Part shown: piece after piece, positions 1 through 13,190 of the stretch
Numbering within the stretch: the first letter of the stretch is position 1
Layout: every line of letters begins with the position of its first letter
Assembly: GCF_001194135.2 (NCBI RefSeq)
Contig: NC_068997.1
Location: 42,133,620-42,193,138 of the forward strand
DNA: 59,519 nucleotides
Reading direction: 5' to 3'
Origin: Octopus bimaculoides
Taxonomy: Eukaryota
Notes under the pieces: model-generated
The model's input: the letters and a program-made list of their open reading frames with translations, nothing else
The model's database searches: none
What the model was told of the DNA's origin: nothing
Program-made: the position numbers and the translations under genes

Positions 1-2321
1 ATATATATATATATATATAAACAAATCGTAGTCTACTTCTATAAACATGCTGAAAGCACTTTTTTGAACTTATTTTGTTTGTTTTTTGTTTGTTTGTTTT
101 GCTTAATGGATGTGCTGACTATCTCCACCAACATCTTATTTGTTTCTGGTTATTCCTGTGCAGTGGCAACACCATACGATCTTGTTTCTCTCCCATCTGA
201 ATACTATGAAGTTTAAGTATCTCTTATCTCTCGTACTACACACACTTCTTGACATTTCCACTCTTTCACCTTGCACCATCTTGATCCTACTTCTGATCGA
301 CTGTCTTTAGAGACAGATTCCGCTAACAGCTTTTCATGCGCTCGTTTTTCTTTCTTACTATTCCTCTTCGTCGTCATCGTCACCGTCGTCGTTGCCGTCA
401 TCGACGTCGTGGACGGTATTCAACCCCCAAGTCTGCCCTGTTCGGATACTCATGGTTAAATGCATTCCAGTTGTGTCCATCCCATCCCTCAAGAAATATC
501 TAGGATATCATTGACTTGTGTATCTTACGTTTTTTTCTTTTTGTTTTTTATTTTTAAAAGACTGTAAGATGCGCTTGTGTTGGTATTTCTAGCAAGTCGA
601 CTAACCTTCTGGAGCACTTTCTCGTTAGCGGTGAAGTTTAATGCTGAAGGTTAACGGTGACGATGCTAGTGATATTCGTTGTGATGCTGGTTTGAAAGGT
701 GTTGTTGGTTATAGAGGAGGTTGTCGTCGTCGTCGTCGTCGTCGTCGTAATGGTAGTGGCTCGTATTGTAATACTGTGAAATCATTGGAACATTATTGAA
801 GATCTTGTGGAGGCGAATGGCTTAGTGGTTGGGGTGTTGAACTCATTAGCGTAAGATTATGGTTTCGATTCCTAGACCAGGCGATGCGTTTTGTTCTTGA
901 GCTTCGTTTCACGCTGCTCCAGACCATCCAGCCGGTAAAAATGAATAATCCGGATCTTTTCTGCCACTTTTCAATTTCTTCAGTTTTTGCTCCAATTGAT
1001 TTCGTATTTGGTGTATTGGTGTAGTTTTGTAAGATAATTATTGACATTAAATTCATTTTCGCCATAAATCGATATAAATAAATAGTTAATAGCCTTTNNN
1101 NNNNNNNNNNNNNNNNNNNNNNNNNNNNNNNNNNNNNNNNNNNNNNNNNNNNNNNNNNNNNNNNNNNNNNNNNNNNNNNNNNNNNNNNNNNNNNNNNNNN
1201 NNNNNNNNNNNNNNNNNNNNNNNNNNNNNNNNNNNNNNNNNNNNNNNNNNNNNNNNNNNNNNNNNNNNNNNNNNNNNNNNNNNNNNNNNNNNNNNNNNNN
1301 NNNNNNNNNNNNNNNNNNNNNNNNNNNNNNNNNNNNNNNNNNNNNNNNNNNNNNNNNNNNNNNNNNNNNNNNNNNNNNNNNNNNNNNNNNNNNNNNNNNN
1401 NNNNNNNNNNNNNNNNNNNNNNNNNNNNNNNNNNNNNNNNNNNNNNNNNNNNNNNNNNNNNNNNNNNNNNNNNNNNNNNNNNNNNNNNNNNNNNNNNNNN
1501 NNNNNNNNNNNNNNNNNNNNNNNNNNNNNNNNNNNNNNNNNNNNNNNNNNNNNNNNNNNNNNNNNNNNNNNNNNNNNNNNNNNNNNNNNNNNNNNNNNNN
1601 NNNNNNNNNNNNNNNNNNNNNNNNNNNNNNNNNNNNNNNNNNNNNNNNNNNNNNNNNNNNNNNNNNNNNNNNNNNNNNNNNNNNNNNNNNNNNNNNNNNN
1701 NNNNNNNNNNNNNNNNNNNNNNNNNNNNNNNNNNNNNNNNNNNNNNNNNNNNNNNNNNNNNNNNNNNNNNNNNNNNNNNNNNNNNNNNNNNNNNNNNNNN
1801 NNNNNNNNNNNNNNNNNNNNNNNNNNNNNNNNNNNNNNNNNNNNNNNNNNNNNNNNNNNNNNNNNNNNNNNNNNNNNNNNNNNNNNNNNNNNNNNNNNNN
1901 NNNNNNNNNNNNNNNNNNNNNNCAGATACGCACAGCGTAATTTATTATATAAACAATATATGCGTATAAATTACGATTAAACCGGATGAAATATGTCACA
2001 GGGAATAACATTTTTATGACCGGCCAGCACTGACTGTATTCAGCTGAATAGACGTCAGTGATTGGTTGAAATTACAGAAATACAACTTTAACAAGAAATA
2101 ACTTGCGATGTACAATTTTTTGTTAAGAAGGCTAAGAGAAAAAGTTGTTTTGTATGACACATTCTACCAGTGTCCCAAGTTTGAAAGTGTTTCGTTAAGA
2201 AAACAAGTGTTGCCCGTCAAATCACAAAGATCCCAAATTTGCAAAGCTTTCCTGAAAATTCCAAAAAATAAAAAAGTTATGAGAGGTGAAATGGCGTACT
2301 TAAATCAGAATTCTGCCAATA

Positions 2322-2539
2322 CAGTAATCCTTCAACTATCGCAGGTGTTACGTTCCAAAAGCCCCCGCGATAGAAGAATATCTGCGAAGTAGAAACAGTT
2401 CTGTATATTTTTTTTATTATCTTTATAATCTGCATATATTTATTTTATTATAAATTCAAAACAACACCACGGAAGATTCGACGTAGGTTTAAATAATAAA
2501 CCGCGATAAGTGAGCCCGCGATATGGCGAGGGGTTACTG
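2322..2539. mobile_element. Tigger/pogo-like MITE, ~218 bp
   Basis: Left end TA|CAGTAATCCTTCAACTATCGC; right end reverse-complements to TA|CAGTAACCCCTCGCCATATCGCG; TA flanks on both sides. Confidence 0.7.
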
Positions 2540-2945
2540 TACTTCATTTGTTTACAGTTGACAACACGTGCTGTCACGCACAAAATGACAGCTTCCAAAT
2601 CCTCTCTCTCTCTCTCTCTCTCTCCTAAACTGTGAAGTCCCCCATGTCAATGAACCAAAACTCAAGGACTAGTTTAAAGACATAAACAAAACGGAAAACG
2701 CGGTGCTCTAATATGGCTTAAACTACGATACAAGTACAAAAAAAAACAGTAAGTTTTGTAGGGTGGCGGTGATATCCACCAATACATTCTATATATATAT
2801 ATTAGCGTCAGTAGCGAAGAAGAAATGGCTAGATGTCCTGCTAAATACCTAAACTATGGCAGTGTTTCAGTCATTAGACTGCTAACATGCTGGAGCACCG
2901 ACATCAAAAGGTTGCGAGGTACATTTATTAACATTTCAGTGTATG

Positions 2946-3130
2946 AAGGTGACGAGTTAGCAGAATCGTTAGAACGCTTAGCAGCATTTCGTCCGTCCTT
3001 CCCTTCTGAGTTTGCCTTTCATCTTTTCGGGGGTCAATAAAATAAGTACCAGTTGAGCACTAGGGTCGCTGTAGTCGATTCACCCCCTTCTCTAAAATTG
3101 CTGGCCTTGTGCCAAAATTTGAAACCAATA
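2946..3130 (+). mobile_element. tRNA-headed SINE, family B (ends ...GGCCTTGTGCCAAAATTTGAAACCAATA)
   Basis: A-box-like TAGCAGAATCG head and body GCCTTTCATC..GGGGTC.ATAAAATAAGTACCAG; recurs many times in this window, mostly inverted. Confidence 0.7.
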
Positions 3131-3665
3131 TTTCAGCGTATTTCAGGTCATCAAGATGAAAGAACTGGTCAGTTGTTCTGCTAATTGGCTTTGTAGTTTT
3201 GGCTGCTCAGTGGTCAATAAACTCGGCCTCTCGCATAAACAAGGTTTTGCTATGTCGTGACATCAACTTCGTAATTTGACGACTCGGTTTCGAGTCTTGC
3301 TCCAAAGGGTTTAGTCGATCATATCAACCCTGGGACTGAATTTTAAACTTATCACTATTTAGACGATTTCTAGTTACTGCACCGCTAAATTACGAAGCAG
3401 GCAAGTCTCGGACTGGTTAGATGAGTTCTGATATATGATGTTTAGACTGCGTGCTGTCCCATATCAAAACCAGATCCGAATTGTGTTTGATAAACATTTA
3501 TTTATACATCTTTTATCTATGACTTGTTTCAGTCATTAGATTGAGGCCATACTGGGGCACCACTTGAAGAAATTTTAATCGAAAGAATCGCCCCCAGTAC
3601 TTATTTTTTAAAGCCTTGCGTTTATTCTATCGGTCACTTTTAGCCAAACCTACAAAGTTCTATAT

Positions 3666-4055
3666 AGGCACAGGCGTGACTGTGTGGTAAGAAGCCTGCT
3701 TCCCAAAGTGCCACGCTGTGGCACTTTGAGCAAGAGCCTTCTACTATAGCTTCGGGCTGACCAAAGCCTTGTGGGTGGATTTGGTAGACGGAAACTGAAA
3801 GAAGCTCGTCGTATGAGTGCGTGTGTGCTTGTCCCACCACCAACAACAACAACAACACCGCCGCCGCCGCCTGATATCTGGTGCTGGTGTGTTTACGTCC
3901 CCGTAACTTAGCGGTTCGGCAAATAGGACCGATAGAATAAGCCCTAGGCTTTAAAAAAAATAACTCCTTGGGTCGATTTGTTTGACTAAAACCTTTCAAG
4001 CGGTGCTTCAGCATGGCCGCAGTCAAATGACAGAACTAAGTAAAAGAATAAAAGA

Positions 4056-4056
<1 letters not shown>
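3666..4056 (+). mobile_element. SINE family A copy (tRNA-like head, CORE-like CCTTGGGCAAG segment, internal microsatellite, AAACAAGTAAAAGA tail), with deletions
   Basis: Collinear with the copies at 4599, 8502 and 48699. Confidence 0.75.
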
Positions 4057-4129
<73 letters not shown>

Positions 4130-4598
4130 GTCTGTGTCATGTATGGCGGTACTGGCAAAGACTATATTTAACTGAAGATGTATAATAAGACTAAAACGCG
4201 CCTGGAGTTATCCTCCCTGCTGCAGCTCAGACTCACTCCGCCACCGCATTACCTATATTCTATTCATTTTCATCGATTAAATTTGGTGGATAACTCCTCC
4301 GGCTTTCTTGATGGAATTAATTATTAAGTTAATGATTCTTTCTCGTTACAACAGGTGTAATTTTGGTAAATTAAGATTTCTTGGTTCAGTACAGTACATT
4401 AGCACTGACTTTACCATTTGTTTTGTAATAACTCAGATCACCTAGCCGTTGATAATAAATTGTCAGAAAAGATCAATAAGTTAATGATATATACGTCTGA
4501 TCAGGAAAGCTCTATTAACTGTCTATATTTACTATGCTATATTTATCATAACACCTAAAAGGAATTTTTAATACATCGTATTAAATCAAAACAAACAT

Positions 4599-4978
4599 AG
4601 GTGCAGGAGTGGCTGTGTGGTAAGTAGCTTGCTTACCAACCACATGGTTTCAGGTTCATTCCCACTTCGTGACACCTTGGGCAAGAGACTTCTACTATAG
4701 CCTCGGGTCGACCAAAGCCTTGTGAATGGATTTGGTAGACGGAAACTGAAAGAAGCCCGTCGTATATATGTATGTATGAGTGTGTTTGTCCCCACCCCCC
4801 ACCAACATCGCTTGACAACCTATGGTGGTGTGTTTACGTCCCCGTAACCTAGCGGTTCGGCAAAAGAGACCGATAGAATAAGTACTAGGCTTACAAAGAA
4901 TAAGTCCTGAGATCGATTTGCTTGACTAAAGGCGGTGCTCCAGCATGGCCGCAGTCAAATGTCTGAAACAAGTAAGAG
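4599..4978 (+). mobile_element. SINE family A, near full length
   Basis: GGTGCAGGAGTGGCTGTGTGGTAAG...GGTTCATTCCC B-box; very similar to 8502-8910. Confidence 0.85.
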
Positions 4979-5463
4979 TACATAAACAAATAAAATAAAT
5001 AAGCAAACAAATAAATAAATAAATCTTTGTCAAATGTTTCGCCAGTTTGGGGAAAATCTCTGACCACTTTCTGGCTAGATGCCTACACTTTGTCTCATTG
5101 ATCACAGACGTGGTTAAGTAACTAGCAACCTTCAATGAAAAATATGCAAGTCAACAGACCTGTTGTGGAATGGGGAGTAAAAAGTATCCGCTGATACAAT
5201 GAACAGGAAATGAAAAGATCTTATAACTTCAGACAGCTGCATTGGTATATATATATATGCATTTTTTATATATACAAGTGCTGGCTAATGCGGTGATTCC
5301 CAAACTGGAAAATAACAGCACCACCTCAAAATATTACTGAAATTTTGTATGCCCTTTCTCTAACTATCAAAAGATAGGCAGCTTGAGCAATAGTTTCTAC
5401 AATAGCCCCGGGCCGAACAAAGTCTTATGAATGGATTTAGTAGACGAAAACTGAAGAAGCTCG

Positions 5464-5512
<49 letters not shown>

Positions 5513-5756
5513 NNNNNNNNNNNNNNNNNNNNNNNNNNNNNNNNNNNNNNNNNNNNNNNNNNNNNNNNNNNNNNNNNNNNNNNNNNNNNNNNNNNNNNNN
5601 NNNNNNNNNNNNNNNNNNNNNNNNNNNNNNNNNNNNNNNNNNNNNNNNNNNNNNNNNNNNNNNNNNNNNNNNNNNNNNNNNNNNNNNNNNNNNNNNNNNN
5701 NNNNNNNNNNNNNNNNNNNNNNNNNNNNNNNNNNNNNNNNNNNNNNNNNNNNNNNN

Positions 5757-5814
<58 letters not shown>

Positions 5815-7169
5815 TTTGTCTCCCCACAACCGATGTTTGTGTTCGTTTACGTCCCCGTAAAGTGACGATTCCACAAAAGACAGACTTGTAGAATAAGTAC
5901 AAGGCTTAAAAAAAAAAGTTCTGGAGGTGATTTATTTGGCTAAAACCCTTCAAGACAGTACCTCAGCATAGCCGCAGTCTAATGGCTGAAACAAGAAAAA
6001 GAAAAAAAGAGGAAAAGACAGTTTTGTTATCCATTTAATTCTCTTTTGTTATAGTGTTGAGTAAGTTAAAAAAAGTTTTAGAAAGCATCTTGATTTTTAT
6101 TACTCAGCAATTTCCCGGTTTCGCAAAAGAAACACTGGCGTACTGCACCAATTCGAAAAGGTATAACGGAGATGAGGAAAATGTGGAAATGATAAATAAC
6201 TTGAGATGAAATGAACTGGCAAGCGACGATTTATTATCCGTTATAAAATACAATGATTGCCATACATGAAATAAAATAACATAACAGGTTACTATAAAGA
6301 TGTGTGAGAGACTTCGTAGTTAAGCTGGACAGTTCATGTTGTAGGCAAGGTTGACGTACTGTCTGGTTGTGTGTAGAGGCAGCTGTTGGACTGTTGGTCG
6401 TGTGATCTTCATACAGCAAGGATGTAAGCAGACTTCTAGTGGAGTGAAAGCGGAGACTGGTTGGTGTCAGATACATCGTTGCCGGATACGAGTTGCGTGT
6501 GGTCAGTGGTGTAAGCCAAAGACCTAGAGCAGTCGAGGACTGCCTTTCTTGTAGAGAATAGTAAGCTCTCAGGAGCTGGTGATTAATTTCCCGCGTAAGG
6601 AAAAATGAACTGTTGCGCCAACACGATTGGATGGCTGAAAACCGACCAATACAAACAACAGGTTCGTTTAATCACGAGGTCATGTGACCTGCTGGAACGG
6701 AAAGGCTTGTGGAGCCGATATTCGGGTATTTAAGCCTAGATGAATCAAAACGAAAACATCTCATACGTAATGACAATGTAAATCACTTCTGCTATAAAGG
6801 TTTCGAATGACAAAGCATAATCAAGACAGAGTCGTATATTTTACAATACACTAGATGTTCCCAATGGCTTTAAGAGAATCGAGACAGTTTAACTTTCATC
6901 TTAGGACTTGCACTTGTTCTGTTCCGGTAAACAATATCAGTTTGATTGAATTAACAGTTTCTGCGATAAAACTTAAACAGGCCACAGAAACAACAAAAAT
7001 AAACAACAGATCAGTCCCACTCTGTTAAACGAACAAATTTGTCAGATCAAGCAGACTACATAACTGTATGGTTTAACGAAACATCATGCTGCTTGCCAAA
7101 GATTTATTGCATCCCTCTTTAGAAAACGAAAAAAGGAAATGTAAACTAAAAAGACTTGGACTTGTATAG

Positions 7170-7355
<186 letters not shown>

Positions 7356-8501
7356 TGATGACCTGAAGCTATTTTTTACAAAAGATTCACACTTGATAAT
7401 AGCTAAACAATCTGGTTTCACAGATAAACCTCACAAAGATAACGTTTAGAGTACAACAATCTACTGGATTTATTGTTAAAACAGCAAACTTGAACTGAGA
7501 AGACAGAGACAAAATTAACAGAACCTCCTGTTTAGAGCGTGACGACATAAGCAGAGTCGCTTGTTGAGATCAAGACGACATAGCAAGGTCACCAGTTATT
7601 ATACTCAAGACAAAATGACGTTAATTGAGACACCTTTTTAGACCAGACGACATAAGATCACCAGTTAAAACTAAGATATCATCAGTAATTTAGAGACAAT
7701 CGTCAGTTAAATGTACATAATCTAGATTTTACAAGGTAAGGAAAAACAAAAAGAGAATAGTTTATATCTAACCAGTTTGATGAAATGGTTGTCGCTGGGA
7801 GATTAAGCGGTTGTTTTCATAGTGAAAGGAAATAAAGTCAAAAGAAAAAATGTTACATTTCATTGAAATACCATAAATAACAAGTTAAAGTAATTAAACA
7901 TTTTAAGTCGCTTATTAACTGACACTACATGACTTGTACACAATGATAACACAGTTTATAGAATCGTTTACAAAGTGAAAAAAAAAAACGTTTTATTCAA
8001 TATCTGAAATGAAACAATATCACAAACAAAAGACATTAAATCAGTCATTTATTGAAGTTTTCCTGTGACTTTTTTCCAGGATTCATTTTTATGTCTATTC
8101 AGTGAACACCAAGTATTACGAAAGGAAAATAGCGGTTAAAGTACATGCTACCTTCCATGCTTATTAGTCCACCATCTTGCTGTTGATGTTGACGTTAGTG
8201 GTATGATGGTATTGCCGTCATTATTTCAGACTAGTATATCTAGGTCGAGCGAACCACAGCCTTCCAAGTGAATTGGTAGACGGAAAGTGAAAGAAGCTCG
8301 TGGTGTGTGTGTGTATTGTCTATATATCACGTGATGGTTGTAAATGAGCATCATCGTCTGGTAAGGGAAGGTGCTCGTGTCCAGTCTTCCATGAAAGGCA
8401 TGTCTTGCTATGGGGGTATCTTACCTGGCTCGGACTTATGCAACCATGGAAAAGTGGACGTTATAGGATTATGTGGATGATGATGATGATTACTATGTTA
8501 T

Positions 8502-8665
8502 AGGCGTAGGAGTGGCTGTGTGGTAAGTAGCTTGCTTACCAACCACATGGTTCCGGGTTCAGTCCCACTGCGTGGCATCTTGGGCAAGTGTCTTCTACTA
8601 TAGCCTCGGGCCGACCAAAGCCTTGTGAGTGGATTTGGTAGACGGAAACTGAAAGAAGCCCGTCG

Positions 8666-8704
<39 letters not shown>

Positions 8705-8910
8705 ATGCTTGTGTGTCTGTGTTTGTCCCCCCAACATCGCTTGACAACCGATGCTGGTGTGTTTACGTCCCTGTAATTTAGCGGTTCTGCAAAAGAGACT
8801 GATAGAATAAGTACTAGGCTTCCAAAGAATAAGTCCTGGGGTCGATTTGCTCGACTAAAGGCGGTGCTCCAGCATGGCCACGGTCAAATGACTGAAACAA
8901 GTAAAAGAGT
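8502..8910 (+). mobile_element. SINE family A, near full length, (TA)n(TG)n core
   Basis: Same head, body and tail as other family A copies. Confidence 0.85.
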
Positions 8911-9164
8911 AGGTATACAGCATTTGTGTAAGCCAGTAGTTCTCAGCTTTGGTCTTATGGCCCTTGGGGATCCATATAAGATTCTCGATCCCAGGACTTA
9001 TTTTTAAAGCCTAGCACTTATTCTATCGGTCTCTTTTGCTGAGCCACTACGTTATGCGGATGTAAACACACCAACACCGATTGTCAAGTAGTGATGGGTG
9101 GAGGGGACTAATACAGACTGCTGACACATACACATAAATATATACTCATACACACACATATATA

Positions 9165-10410
9165 CAGGGTGGGTATTAGAAATTGCTTATAGAACTTTTA
9201 GTATCACTTAAGTCATGATGAAAACATTTTTTTAAACAGACAACACTAATGGGGATTTCTTATTTTCTTATTTCTTATTTCTTATTTTTCAGATGGCTGG
9301 TTGCTTGACTGTCCAGGAGCGAGCTAAGATAGCAGCATACTATGAAGTGTGGAATTTCATTGTTTTGGTTCAGAGATGGTGGTGTGCATGGAAAGGTAAG
9401 CATGCAACACTACGTCCAGAAACAATAAAAAGTTGTCATGCAAATCTGATGACCATGGGCTCTGTGAACGATGCAAGAAGTGGCCATCCAATCACATTCT
9501 GATTAGCAGAGAATGTAGCAACAGTGCAGCAAGTGTTTAATCGCAGCCCACAAAAATCAACATGTCAAGCTGCTCGTGAAAGTGGACTAAAAAGCCATGC
9601 AATACCTACGGTGTTGTGTAAAGAATTGAATTTTCGTCTGTGGAAACCCCATTAATTGCAGGAGCTAAAACCTGAAGACTGTGATCGCAGAATGGAATAT
9701 GGAGAGTTGATGCTAGGTTGGAATAAAGATTGGCCTGAATTGTTTGAAAACATCCTCTAGAGTGACAAGGCTCTATTCCCTGTTGGTGATTTCATCAATC
9801 GTCACTACTGCCAGTCCTGGGTGTTGTATGATAAGGCTCTGAACATGACGGTCGAGAGGATGGAAGCTCAACCGTGTGGTGCAGAATTATGGCAACAAGA
9901 GTCACCGGCCCATATCTATATCTTCTGAGTGACACCATGAATATGGACTGCTATCTTCAGATGCTCAAAAATTACATGTGGCCCACGGTGTCTGGCTGGG
10001 ATAACATTGGTGACCTGGTAGTCATGCAGGATGGTGCACCACTCCATCGTGCTCTTACTATGTATGCCTCGTTAGACCAACATTTTCCAGGATGTTGGAT
10101 AGGATGACACAGACCTCATGAACAGCCTCCAAGAAGTCCAGATCTCACTCAATGTGATTTTTACCTGTGGGGGTTACACAAAAGACGGGGTGTACAAGAC
10201 AAAACCTCGCACACTGGAGGACTTGGAGACACGGATTCAGGAGGTTCTCAGTGATATCCCAGATGATGGCCTTCAGAAAGTTGTTCATTCCATCCCTGGA
10301 CATTTGAGGAAACTGGTTGACGCATCCAGTGCTTACGTTGACATATGAAGATTTACTTTCATTTTCTCATGTAATAAAGAACATGTATCATTTGTTTCAA
10401 TAAATTTGTA
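9165..10410 (+). mobile_element. Degenerate Tc1/mariner element, DD41D (rosa/Visitor-type) transposase pseudogene (coding relic 9293-10348)
   Basis: TA|CAGGGTGG left end; N-terminus MAGCLTVQERAKIAAYYEVWN; motifs SDKALF, QDGAP and PPRSPDLTQCDFYLWG. I counted 41 codons between the 2nd and 3rd Asp. Stops and frameshifts present; right TIR not found. Confidence 0.85.
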
Positions 10411-10419
10411 AAAGGATTA

Positions 10420-10636
10420 CTCTTTACTCTCTTTTACTTGTTTCAGTCATTTGACTGTGGCCATGTTGGAGCACCGCCTTTAGTCGAGCAAATCCTAGTA
10501 CTTATTCTATTGGCCACTTTTGCCAAACTGCTAAGTTACGGGGACATAAACACACTAACATCGGTTCTCAAGCGATGTTGGGGGACAAATACAGACACAC
10601 AAACATATGCACACACATACATATATATATACACAN
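10420..10636 (-). mobile_element. SINE family A, 3' half; its microsatellite runs into an assembly gap
   Basis: Reverse complement of the family A tail and body. Confidence 0.75.
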
Positions 10637-11517
10637 NNNNNNNNNNNNNNNNNNNNNNNNNNNNNNNNNNNNNNNNNNNNNNNNNNNNNNNNNNNNNNNN
10701 NNNNNNNNNNNNNNNNNNNNNNNNNNNNNNNNNNNNNNNNNNNNNNNNNNNNNNNNNNNNNNNNNNNNNNNNNNNNNNNNNNNNNNNNNNNNNNNNNNNN
10801 NNNNNNNNNNNNNNNNNNNNNNNNNNNNNNNNNNNNNNNNNNNNNNNNNNNNNNNNNNNNNNNNNNNNNNNNNNNNNNNNNNNNNNNNNNNNNNNNNNNN
10901 NNNNNNNNNNNNNNNNNNNNNNNNNNNNNNNNNNNNNNNNNNNNNNNNNNNNNNNNNNNNNNNNNNNNNNNNNNNNNNNNNNNNNNNNNNNNNNNNNNNN
11001 NNNNNNNNNNNNNNNNNNNNNNNNNNNNNNNNNNNNNNNNNNNNNNNNNNNNNNNNNNNNNNNNNNNNNNNNNNNNNNNNNNNNNNNNNNNNNNNNNNNN
11101 NNNNNNNNNNNNNNNNNNNNNNNNNNNNNNNNNNNNNNNNNNNNNNNNNNNNNNNNNNNNNNNNNNNNNNNNNNNNNNNNNNNNNNNNNNNNNNNNNNNN
11201 NNNNNNNNNNNNNNNNNNNNNNNNNNNNNNNNNNNNNNNNNNNNNNNNNNNNNNNNNNNNNNNNNNNNNNNNNNNNNNNNNNNNNNNNNNNNNNNNNNNN
11301 NNNNNNNNNNNNNNNNNNNNNNNNNNNNNNNNNNNNNNNNNNNNNNNNNNNNNNNNNNNNNNNNNNNNNNNNNNNNNNNNNNNNNNNNNNNNNNNNNNNN
11401 NNNNNNNNNNNNNNNNNNNNNNNNNNNNNNNNNNNNNNNNNNNNNNNNNNNNNNNNNNNNNNNNNNNNNNNNNNNNNNNNNNNNNNNNNNNNNNNNNNNN
11501 NNNNNNNNNNNNNNNNN

Positions 11518-11555
<38 letters not shown>

Positions 11556-12009
11556 GATGGCCGTCCACTTATGACCGAGGAAGACCATTGCCGACCTTCA
11601 GGAACATTGTGCGCTCTAGGACTAACTTATATTTTGCATTTGCGGCTCCGTATACATATATATATACACAGACATATATATATATATACTTATACACACA
11701 TGCACACACACACACACACACATATACACATACATATATATATATACACACACAATAGGCTTCCACAGTTACTGTCTCTCAAATTCACTCACAAAATATT
11801 GGTCAGCCTGAAGCTATAGCAACAGACACTTACCCAACGTTTCACACAGTGAGACTCTACCTAAAACTATGTGGCTACAAAGTGAGTTTTCTAACCACAT
11901 AGCTATGCCTGCAATGTAAAAAAAAAAAAAGTACAGTGCAGGATAGTTTGGTACATAGTAGTAGTGTAAAAACTTCAAGTGTTATTTTTTTTTTTTGCAC
12001 TTGAAGAAA

Positions 12010-12156
12010 TCAAACCCCAGGACTTACTTTTTTTAAAGCCTAGTACTTATTCTATCGATCTCTTTTGCCGAACTGCAATGTTTTGGGGACATAAATGCAC
12101 CAACGACAGTTGTCAATTGGTGACAGGGAGACAAACAGAGACACAATATATATGAG

Positions 12157-12188
<32 letters not shown>

Positions 12189-12385
12189 GTGTGTATATAT
12201 ATATGTGTATATATATGCGTGTGTGTGTATATATATGACAGGCTTCTTTCAGTTTCCACCTACCAAATCCACTCACAAGGTTTAGTCAGCCTGGGGCTAT
12301 AGTAGAAGACAAATTGCCCAGGGTACCATGCATGGTACCTGTGGTTGGGAATCAAGCTTTTTACCACATAGCCACACCTGCGCTT
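12010..12385 (-). mobile_element. SINE family A, inverted copy
   Basis: Reverse-complement body, microsatellite and head (...CCACATAGCCACACCTGCGC). Confidence 0.75.
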
Positions 12386-12419
12386 AAAGAGCTGTATATG
12401 ATAAAGAAGTAAAAAAAAT

Positions 12420-13190
12420 ATAGGCTAGGCTGTGTGGTAAGAAGTTTGCTTCCCAACCACATGGTTCTGGGTTCAGTCCCACTGCATGATACCTAGGTCA
12501 AGTGTCTTCTATTATAGCCTCAGGCCAACCAAAACCTTGTGAGTGGGTTTGTTAGACAGAAACTGAAAGCAGTTCAGTGAGCTCTAACTGTGGAGGGAAC
12601 CCATGGAAGAGGTAGGCCCAGAAGGACATGGAATGAGATAGTGAAGCATGATCTTTGAATGTTGAGCCTAACAGAGGTGATGTCAAGTGACCGAGACCTT
12701 TGAGAATATGCTGTGCTTGAGAAGACTCGTCAAGCCAAGTGAAATCATAGTCGTGGTTATTGCCAGTGTCATGTGAATGGCACCTGTAAAATCATAATCA
12801 TGACCGTTGCTGTGTAATCTTTGAATGTCAGGCCTCACAGAGGTGATGACAAGTGACTGAGACCTTTCACGATATGCTATGCTTAGAAAGACTCATCGAG
12901 CCAAGTGAAATCGTAGCTGTGGCTGTTGCTAGTGTCATGTAAATGGCACCTGTGGTATTGAGTTGTGGTCGTTGCTGGTGTCATGTAAATGACATCCATG
13001 CTGGTGGCACGTAAAAAGCACTCACTACACTCTTGGAATGGTTGGCGTTAAGAAGGGCATCCAGCCATAGAAACCATGCCAAATGAGACTGGAACCTGGT
13101 GCAGCCCTCTGGCTTACCAATTCCAGTCAAACTGTCTAACTTGTGCCAGCATGGAAAGTGGATGTTAGATGAGGATGATGATGTGTGTGA
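12420..13190 (+). mobile_element. SINE family A head joined to RTE-LINE 3' region with an internally duplicated unit and (GAT)n tail
   Basis: Decayed VEG..GRGRPRRTW coding relic at ~12590-12650; unit CAGAGGTGATG.CAAGTGAC.GAGACCTTT...CAAGTGAAATC.TAG occurs twice; ends GGAAAGTGGATGTTAGATGAGGATGATGATG. Confidence 0.65.
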
